A stretch of DNA of 24,000 nucleotides from Ethanoligenens harbinense YUAN-3 (GTDB taxonomy: Bacteria; Bacillota; Clostridia; Oscillospirales; Ethanoligenentaceae). A model generated the notes under the pieces. The model had not been told where the DNA came from. It did no database searches and saw only the letters and a program-made list of their open reading frames with translations. The translations under genes and the position numbers were made by a program. Below are positions 1-6,422 of this stretch, piece by piece. Position 1 is the stretch's first letter. Each line of letters begins with the position of its first letter. Location: the NCBI RefSeq assembly GCF_000178115.2, contig NC_014828.1, positions 1,061,310-1,085,309 on the forward strand, given 5' to 3'.

Positions 1-519
1 TATCAGAACGATATTCGTTCTTTAATATAAAGTCGACTGCCTTTACCATTGAATCTGTCGGCATATCGTAACATAGTGGCTGAATTTTTAGCCTACTATC
101 GACGAATAATTCTTCAATAAGAATATTCCTATAAACATCATCTGCGTCGACATAGAATCTGCCATTTTTACTAAATAGCAAAGTCTAAAATAGTCTGATC
201 TCATTGCAGGGTGTAGACAACGATGAAACGCGTTTAAATATCGATTTCCAAAATGATTTTTAATGAAGTTGTTTGCGGTTATGTCATCAAACAAGAGACG
301 CTTAAAGCCTTGTTCTTCTAGCGGATGCCAACTTTCAATGCACTCCTGTACGTCCAAAGGTATCGATTCGCTGTCGTTCCAAAACTGGAATAATACATGC
401 GGAATATTTTGGTCAGCACATTGTGGAGAAAAATTATCCTTATCGTTAATTAAGCCCCAAACAAATTTGGATCTCAATTCATGGTCTTCTGAAATATTTG
501 CAGCTGATGGCATTATCAT
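1..519 (-). pseudogene. Glycosyltransferase with a DXD sugar-binding region (Gly_transf_sug / capsular-polysaccharide-synthesis-like). It is frameshifted, and the 3' part runs off the left edge.
   Basis: ORF 88..519 gives ...IPHVLFQFWNDSESIP...CIESW...LFDD...PAMRSDYFRLCYLVK, typical of DXD glycosyltransferases. After the T5 run at 165-169 (A5 on the coding strand) the expected continuation NGRFYVDADDVYRNILIEELFVDS... is open in the adjacent frame down to base 1. The tracked frame instead reads MADSMSTQMM and stops at 88. A GAGGTG SD precedes the ATG at 519. Confidence 0.55.
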
Positions 520-754
520 GAAAACACCTCAAAATTTTTATGTCTACTTTCTAAGTTGTAATAGCTGGAAAATAAAAGCATATCATATTTAATCCAAATG
601 TTTAGTCTTAGAAATAAATACATATCTATTTTAACATAATAACAGTTCTATTGCAGTTTAACATTCACCGTATTCCTGTATTTTTTGAAGAGTGTAACGC
701 AATCTGAAGAAAGAGCTTGAAATATAACTATTTAATAGTGTAGCAAATATAATG

Positions 755-830
755 ATCGTGATATAATAATTACACGATATACACGTTTTAAGTAATCGTG
801 TGCAATCGTGTAAAACGTGTAAAAACGTGT
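755..830. repeat. Cluster of CGTG-core repeats. An inverted pair ATCGTG (755-760) / CACGAT (773-778) brackets a TATAAT (762-767). Four direct A(T)CGTGT units follow, with CGTGT starting at 797, 807, 816 and 826.
   Basis: Read directly: gtAATCGTGTgcAATCGTGTaaAACGTGTaaaAACGTGTtac. The 9-10 bp spacing puts the units on one helix face. One more degenerate copy, AATCGTCT, lies at 843-850. The function (operator array or iterons) is not established. Confidence 0.6.
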
Positions 831-906
831 TACTTTTGTTGAAATCGTCTCAAAAGCTAGATCTATACACATGTCGAGTGTTCATAACGACACTGAACAT
901 TCCGCG

Positions 907-945
907 AATAGGAGTAACCGAAAGGTTGCTCCTATTTTCGTTGTT
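907..945 (+). terminator. Intrinsic-terminator-like hairpin: 13-bp stem, GAAA tetraloop, then TTTTCGTTGTT.
   Basis: AATAGGAGTAACC-GAAA-GGTTGCTCCTATT, with one T915-G928 wobble that pairs only on the + strand. The T-rich tail overlaps the stem end. Confidence 0.35.
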
Positions 946-1155
946 GCTGAACAGGTAAGACAAAACCCCCAGTTGAACTGGGGGTGGATAAAAAACCTTA
1001 TAGGACACAAAGACAACCTCCGATGCTACACTAACGAAGGTCTGGCAGCCAACGGAAGATAGCATAGGAGGTTTCTGTCAAATGGATGACGTAAAAAGTC
1101 TATCACAATAAAGAGTTCGTAGACCCGTTCACAGGTGGCAAGAATCGGGAGGCAT

Positions 1156-1178
1156 AAAAAAGCCCCCGAATAGGGGGC
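1156..1178 (-). terminator. Canonical rho-independent terminator on the minus strand.
   Basis: The minus strand reads GCCCCC-TATTC-GGGGGC followed by TTTTTTAT (plus-strand A6 at 1156-1161). Confidence 0.55.
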
Positions 1179-1516
1179 AACCCGTAATAAAAGTGTGATC
1201 GCCAGGCCGATTCGGTGCGCCTTTTAAGGCGCTACCACAGGAGATATGCCTTTATAGGGCTTGTTCAAACCACCGGTTTAACCGGTGATTTTGATCTCTG
1301 TGCAGGAAACTGCCAGTATGCAAATGGGGTTTGGGGTGTCCCCAACAAGCGAAGTTCTTGAATTTTTCTGATACAGGAAAAGTGCAAAAACGGGGAAAAA
1401 CATATACTTTTCTATCGCTTGCCATTTTTATCAGGAATTCGATCCGCGCCGCGATCAGAAAGCTAAATGCCCGAACGCGGTTTCCAGCCCTTTTTATCGG
1501 AAATTTTTTACCCTTA

Positions 1517-1550
1517 AACCGGCCCGGAGCATTGCTTTTCCGGGCCGGTT
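1517..1550 (-). terminator. 12-bp perfect GC-rich hairpin about 100 nt downstream of the MFS-PEBP stop codon. It is the probable operon terminator, although the T-tract is poor.
   Basis: AACCGGCCCGGA (1517-1528) pairs perfectly with TCCGGGCCGGTT (1539-1550) around a 10-nt loop. On the minus strand it is followed only by TTTAAGGGT. Confidence 0.4.
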
Positions 1551-1648
1551 CTTGATAGCACGGATTATCAACAATGAGTGATAACCTCTTAACCTTGAAA
1601 TACAACAAGATGCGATCAATAAACAGATTTTCGCAATAATAAAGTCAT

Positions 1649-3328
1649 TTAGTACTGCCCGACAACTATTTCCGAGGTTTTAGCTAATATGTGGTTTTCA
1701 ATTTTTTCATATAGCTCGTTTAAATAGAACCCATCTTTTAGATCAATCACCTCGCAGTCTAGAGCATAGACGTCAATGGTGTATTTATGATCTTTATCTG
1801 GCGGAGTGGGACCGGCATAGTGGCATGTGATATTGGAGTCAATTTCCGCAATGAGGTGTGATGAAAAACTGTTTTTTCCTTGAGTTATTTTTAGAATATT
1901 GTTAACACTTGCGTTTTCAGGCAATTCTGATATGTTTCCTGGAATATTACACACGACCCAATGAATCCATGGGAAACCACAAACAGAAACGGCATCATAA
2001 TCTATCATTGAAATTGCAAAAGACTTTGTGCCTGCAGGTTTTTCCTTAAAGGTAATGGGAAACGATATAACCGGAATATCCTTTAACTTATATATGTCTT
2101 CTGCATGTTTGGAGTACTTCCTGGGTAAATATCCATTTTCCTTATTAATTAAAATTTTCATATCGCCACTCCTTTTAATATAATAGATATATAATAAAAT
2201 ATACAAACCAAACATTAATAATAGCAAAGTCTGAAAAACACGAAATCCATAATATTGGTACAATATCCCTCCCGTTATAAGCAATGTAATATTTATAATG
2301 GAATAGATGCTTTCCATTATATTTGACATTCTGGGTATATTTGACCCGGCGTTTCGTAATCCAGTCATGCATACCGGACGTGTTGCACCGGATGATAAGC
2401 CGAGTAATATCGTTGCAACAATAATCAACAACAAATCATTTGAAAAATACATTGCAACTGAAGCGAGGAGGCATATATTCATTGAATTCATAGCGTATCC
2501 AGGTTTTAGTTTTCCTGCAATGAAATTTGACGATATATTACCTAAAAACGTATAGCTTGTCAATATTGCTATAAATCCATATATTGGAATCTTTAAGTCA
2601 ATAAACAAGTGATAAGGAAGAAATCCCGTGAAGAATGTCAATATTATACCACGGGTAAGGCAGTATACAGTAATATACTTTTTTTCAGTTGATGTCAATT
2701 GGACATTGCTCTTTCGATTACTAATTAAATCGACTTTCCCGGGTTCTTTTGGAAGATTTAAGCATACAATTCCTGTTATTACATCAGCTATTATACTTGC
2801 TGCGAAAGGAATCCGTGTATCAATATTAAACAAGAAACTTCCAGTTAGACCTGCTATGAGAAGGGAGGCAAACATAAAACTGTTACTTTTTGCTTGAAAT
2901 TTTCCTCCATCATCAATATAGTAATTGATCAATCTTGTATCACTGCCAGCAGAAATCCCATATCCCAACCCTAGAAATACTTGAGCACAGCAGATTATAA
3001 AGACATCTTGGACTAAAATCATTAATAATAGTCCGATGCATTTTGACCCTTCACTTAATAATAGAATTTTTTTGCAGGAGAGATGAGATGAAAGCCGATA
3101 TTTAATTGGAAGAACTCTTGTGTACATAAATATTGCCAATCCATAGACAGCCATAATACATTCAATTGTAATCAAATTGAATCCTAATTTGTAAAAATAG
3201 ATAACCAAAAAAGGAAGGTGAAAATAAGCTCTTGAAAAAATGCGATACAAAGATATTTGAATTTTGATTTGCTTATTCAACAGTAATTTCCTCCACATGT
3301 AGCGCATTGTCCAGTGCTTTTTTGTCAA
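1649..3328 (-). CDS. MFS-type multi-helix transporter (about 389 aa) fused in frame to a C-terminal PEBP / YbhB-YbcL (Raf-kinase-inhibitor-like) domain (170 aa).
   Basis: The N-terminal 389 aa are hydrophobic and multi-helix, as in MFS permeases. The C-terminal part, ...GTKSFAISMIDYDAVSVCGFPWIHWVVCNIPG...YAGPTPPDKDHKYTIDVYALD...GFYLNELY, matches bacterial YbhB/YbcL PEBP proteins. The start is TTG at 3328, with an AAGGAGA SD inside the upstream gene. An internal AAGGAG (2169-2174) lies 7 nt before ATG 2161, and there is no stop codon between the two parts. Confidence 0.7.
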   Translation of the reverse strand: MTKKHWTMRYMWRKLLLNKQIKIQISLYRIFSRAYFHLPFLVIYFYKLGFNLITIECIMAVYGLAIFMYTRVLPIKYRLSSHLSCKKILLLSEGSKCIGLLLMILVQDVFIICCAQVFLGLGYGISAGSDTRLINYYIDDGGKFQAKSNSFMFASLLIAGLTGSFLFNIDTRIPFAASIIADVITGIVCLNLPKEPGKVDLISNRKSNVQLTSTEKKYITVYCLTRGIILTFFTGFLPYHLFIDLKIPIYGFIAILTSYTFLGNISSNFIAGKLKPGYAMNSMNICLLASVAMYFSNDLLLIIVATILLGLSSGATRPVCMTGLRNAGSNIPRMSNIMESIYSIINITLLITGGILYQYYGFRVFQTLLLLMFGLYILLYIYYIKRSGDMKILINKENGYLPRKYSKHAEDIYKLKDIPVISFPITFKEKPAGTKSFAISMIDYDAVSVCGFPWIHWVVCNIPGNISELPENASVNNILKITQGKNSFSSHLIAEIDSNITCHYAGPTPPDKDHKYTIDVYALDCEVIDLKDGFYLNELYEKIENHILAKTSEIVVGQY

Positions 3329-3923
3329 TATCTCCTTCTCTGATCAGTTTCACAGTATTATCTATTACTGAAACAATAGTACTAGATTTTGATGTTGAGA
3401 TAGCATTGCTGGATTCGATAAAAAAATCAACACAGTTTTTCATTTGAGAAATTGCAATTTCTTTTGTGACTAATGTATTATCTACGGTCCCAGATATGTT
3501 AGCTGAAGTAATTGCGATAGGTTCACCATTTAAGTGGCTCATAAACTCTCTCCATGTTGGGTTTGAGACACTTCCCAATGCAATTGTACTTTTGTTATTT
3601 AACATATAGTCATAATCTGAATTCCTTTTGTTAATAATGATATTCAACGGACCGGGCCAAAAAGTTTCAGCTAATCTCTCGATTATTCTTTCATTATCGC
3701 ATATCCCATATTTATTCCAATCGCTTGGATCAAGGAAAAACAAGGAAAGTGCTTTGTTTTTAGGACGTTTCTTATATTTAAATATCTTATCGATTGCTTC
3801 TGCGGAATTTGCGAGGCAGGCTAGATTATAATTAGTGTCTGTAGGAATAATGATTGGATTGCCTTTTTGCATATGCTCTAATATTTCATCAATGCAAGTG
3901 TTAATATTGGTAACAATGTTCAT
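3273..3923 (-). CDS. YrdC/Sua5/TsaC-family (threonylcarbamoyl-AMP-synthase-like) domain protein, 216 aa.
   Basis: MNIVTNINTCIDEILEHMQKGNPIIIPTDTNYNLACLA...FKYKKRPKNKALSLFF...GPLNII...ITSANISG. These are the family-typical TDT.Y.L, K.RP...L and SAN.SG motifs. ATG 3923 has a GGGAGG SD at 3931-3936. The longer tracked ORF (to 4064) runs into the IS66 end and lacks an SD. Confidence 0.75.
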   Translation of the reverse strand: MNIVTNINTCIDEILEHMQKGNPIIIPTDTNYNLACLANSAEAIDKIFKYKKRPKNKALSLFFLDPSDWNKYGICDNERIIERLAETFWPGPLNIIINKRNSDYDYMLNNKSTIALGSVSNPTWREFMSHLNGEPIAITSANISGTVDNTLVTKEIAISQMKNCVDFFIESSNAISTSKSSTIVSVIDNTVKLIREGDIDKKALDNALHVEEITVE

Positions 3924-3993
3924 TTTGCACCCTCCCATAGAAATTGTTATTAGAAATAGTGTTGTATTGAAAGTCATATGTGCTGTAATAGGT

Positions 3994-4001
3994 GGATAAA
4001 C
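3994..4001. repeat. Left copy of the 8-bp target-site duplication GGATAAAC of the IS66-family element.
   Basis: Identical octamer at 6430-6437, directly abutting both inverted repeats. Confidence 0.9.
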
Positions 4002-4116
4002 GTAACCGTCAAGACCGCGCGCACCTTGTAAGCATGGTGTCGGGGAAGGTACAATGAACTTCAAAAGGGTTCAAAACATGTAATGGAGTGTTTTGGACCA
4101 AATTGGAGTGAATAAA

Positions 4117-4476
4117 ATGGATACGCAAAAAATCGCGAGGGAGTTCCGGCTATCAGAGTGGGGCGAGGCGGTAAAGGAGCGAATAGCTGGCGGGCAGAGC
4201 GTGGACGCATTTTGCGAAGAAAAAAACATCAGCAAGGCCACCTATTACTACAGGCAGAAAAAAGTACGGGAAGCTGCCTGCATGGAGCTTATGGAGAAAC
4301 AAAAGCGCGGAACCGGGCTTGTGCCGGACGGCTGGACGCAGCTTACGGAAGCAAAATCTGTTACTGCCGGCGAAGGCACCCTAGACATTGAAATCGCCGG
4401 CTGCCATATCCTTGCAAATGCCCAAACCGACCTGGAATTGCTGGCGAGAGTCTGCCGCATCCTGAGATCGCTGTGA
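4117..4476 (+). CDS. tnpA: IS66-family accessory protein TnpA (HTH, orf1).
   Basis: MDTQKIAREFRLSEWGEAVKERIAGGQSVDAFCEEKNISKATYYYRQKK... is a small HTH protein in the first position of the IS. A GGAGTG SD precedes ATG 4117. The stop overlaps the tnpB start (ATG 4473 / TGA 4474-4476). Confidence 0.8.
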   Translation: MDTQKIAREFRLSEWGEAVKERIAGGQSVDAFCEEKNISKATYYYRQKKVREAACMELMEKQKRGTGLVPDGWTQLTEAKSVTAGEGTLDIEIAGCHILANAQTDLELLARVCRILRSL

Positions 4477-4826
4477 TGCAGTTCGGAGAAAAACCTGTGT
4501 ATCTTTGCTGTGGGTGCACGGATATGAGGAAATCGATCAACGGGCTAATGACGCTTGTGCAGCACAGTTTTTCTCTCGACCCTTTTGTCGACGCGCTGTT
4601 CGTGTTCTGCAACCGAAGCCGTGACCGCCTGAAAATACTGGAGTGGGACGGCGATGGCTTTTGGCTGTATTTCAAACGGCTGGAACGCGGACATTTCCGC
4701 TGGCCGTCGTCAGACGAGGAAACCACAATGACGCTGAACAGTGAGGAACTGTCTTGTCTGATCGATGGCGCAAGGCTGGAGAAAAAGCTTCGCCGCAGCG
4801 AAGTTCTTGAACACAATATTTCGTAA
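4473..4826 (+). CDS. tnpB: IS66 Orf2-like protein TnpB.
   Basis: ...VYLCCGCTDMRKSINGLMTLVQHSFSLDPFVDALFVFCNRSRDRLKILEWDGDGFWLYFKRLERGHFRWP matches the conserved IS66 orf2 signature (TDMRK, DPF, LF.F.NR.R..LKIL.WD..GF.L..KRLE.G.F.WP). Confidence 0.9.
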   Translation: MMQFGEKPVYLCCGCTDMRKSINGLMTLVQHSFSLDPFVDALFVFCNRSRDRLKILEWDGDGFWLYFKRLERGHFRWPSSDEETTMTLNSEELSCLIDGARLEKKLRRSEVLEHNIS

Positions 4827-4994
4827 CACATCGGGATACGAAAATGCCGTTTTTCTTGATTCTATGCGGTTTTTCCGGTATAATTAGAGAATGGAAAAAC
4901 AAGAAAAACAATTGAAATACCGCTTTCTGTTTACGAGAATTTTCTCAAACAGGCGGAGCAGATTGCCGAGCTAAAACAGCAGATTCAGTGGCTG

Positions 4995-6422
4995 ATGGAG
5001 CAATTCCGCCTGGCCAAACGTAAGCAATTCGGCGCGTCCAGTGAACAGACGGACAACGAACAATTATGTCTGTTTAACGAAGCAGAGCAAACCGCCGATT
5101 TGACCGTGCCAGAGCCGGAAACCACCGAGGTCAAGGCGCATTACCGCAGAAAGACGCGCCTGACCACCGACAAGTTGCCGGAAGATTTACCTGTTGAGAC
5201 CATTGAACACGAGCTGCCGATCGAGGCGCGTATCTGTCCGGACTGCGGTTGTCCTCTGCACAAAATGGGGGAAGACATCCGTGAGGAACTGAAAATCATC
5301 CCGGCAAAAGCCGTGATTGTACGCCATGTACGGCACGTCTATGCCTGCCGCCACTGCGAGGAGTCCTCTGATCGTGTGCCGATTGTCAAGGCGGAGATGC
5401 CAAAACCCGTCATCAAGGGAGGGTTCGCATCACCCGAATCCGTCGCCCATATCGCCGTGCAAAAATTTGTGATGGGCAGCCCGCTTTATCGGCAAGAGCA
5501 GGAGTGGGCGCAAAGCGGCATTCTGCTCTCACGTCAAACCATGTCCAACTGGCTCATCAGAGCCTGTGAAGATTGGCTGGAGCCAATTTATCAGGAAATG
5601 AAGCGACAGCTATGCAATCATCAAGTCCTTCACGCAGACGAAACCACCCTTCAGGTGCTGCATGAGGACGGCAAGCCCGCCCAGAGTAAAAGTTACATGT
5701 GGCTTTATCGTACAAGCGGCGAGGCTAAGCGCCAGATTGTGCTGTATGACTACCAGCGGGATCGAAAGCATATCCGTCCGAAAGACTTCTTAGAGGATTT
5801 TTCAGGTTTTCTCCATGCAGATGGTTATGACGGATACCACAAGCTGCCTGACCGAATCACCGTGGTGGGCTGTTGGGCGCATCTGCGTCGGAAATTTGAC
5901 GAAGCGCTGCAAACACTGCCGAAGGATAAACGGAAATCGTCTGACGCCGCAAAGGGGATTGCTTACTGTGACAGGCTGTTTCATTTGGAGAAACAGTTCA
6001 CTTTGCTGACCCCGGAAGATCGTTTGAAGGAACGCGAACAGCAAAGTAAACCGGTGGTTGAGGCGTTCTACGCCTGGGTCGGATCGCTCCGGGAACTGCC
6101 TAAAACCCTGATGGGTAAAGCAATCCATTATGCACAGTCACAGCGCATGTATCTTGTGCGGTATCTGTTGGACGGACGGCTGGAAATCAGTAACAATCGC
6201 GCGGAAAACGCCATTCGACCTTTTGTAATGGGACGGAAGAACTGGCTGTTTTCCAACACGCCAAACGGTGCAAAAGCCAGCGCAATCTATTACAGCTTGA
6301 TCGTCTCTGCCAGGGAGAATGGTCTTGTGCCTTTTGAGTACCTCACAAAGATTTTCACCGAAGCGCCCAATGGCGCGGATGTTGAAAACCTCATGCCTTG
6401 GGGGGCGTGCCCGTTGATTTGA
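4995..6422 (+). CDS. tnpC: IS66-family DDE transposase TnpC. The N-terminal start is uncertain.
   Basis: Contains EQFRLAKRKQFGASSE, a zinc-finger-like CPDCGCPLH...CRHCE, and HADETTLQVL...MWLYR...HADGYDGY...GCWAHLRRKF...SNNRAENAIRPFVMGRKNWLF, all typical of IS66 transposases. The frame is open back to 4884 (see finding). The stop TGA 6420-6422 lies inside IRR. Confidence 0.9.
   Translation: MEQFRLAKRKQFGASSEQTDNEQLCLFNEAEQTADLTVPEPETTEVKAHYRRKTRLTTDKLPEDLPVETIEHELPIEARICPDCGCPLHKMGEDIREELKIIPAKAVIVRHVRHVYACRHCEESSDRVPIVKAEMPKPVIKGGFASPESVAHIAVQKFVMGSPLYRQEQEWAQSGILLSRQTMSNWLIRACEDWLEPIYQEMKRQLCNHQVLHADETTLQVLHEDGKPAQSKSYMWLYRTSGEAKRQIVLYDYQRDRKHIRPKDFLEDFSGFLHADGYDGYHKLPDRITVVGCWAHLRRKFDEALQTLPKDKRKSSDAAKGIAYCDRLFHLEKQFTLLTPEDRLKEREQQSKPVVEAFYAWVGSLRELPKTLMGKAIHYAQSQRMYLVRYLLDGRLEISNNRAENAIRPFVMGRKNWLFSNTPNGAKASAIYYSLIVSARENGLVPFEYLTKIFTEAPNGADVENLMPWGACPLI

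Noticed and set aside
794-830. Direct repeats considered as a CRISPR array.
   Set aside because: The units are only 7-8 nt at 10-bp spacing, with no spacers of CRISPR length and no cas genes. They fit a protein-binding array better.
907-936. A GAAA-capped 13-bp hairpin considered as a group II intron domain V.
   Set aside because: It has no AGC catalytic triad and no 2-nt bulge. No GUGYG 5' end or reverse-transcriptase ORF lies nearby. The helix is continuous, unlike domain V.
2175-2897. Small ORFs nested in or antisense to the MFS-PEBP gene (2175-2372 on -, 2307-2555 on +, 2628-2897 on +).
   Set aside because: They are AT-rich shadow frames within a well-supported membrane-protein gene, with no independent signals.
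4158-6128. Overlapping ORFs inside the IS66 element (4158-4391, 4248-4460, 4361-4831, 4672-4911, 5802-6128, 5815-6009).
   Set aside because: All overlap the three well-supported IS66 genes in other frames or on the other strand, and no motifs are present.
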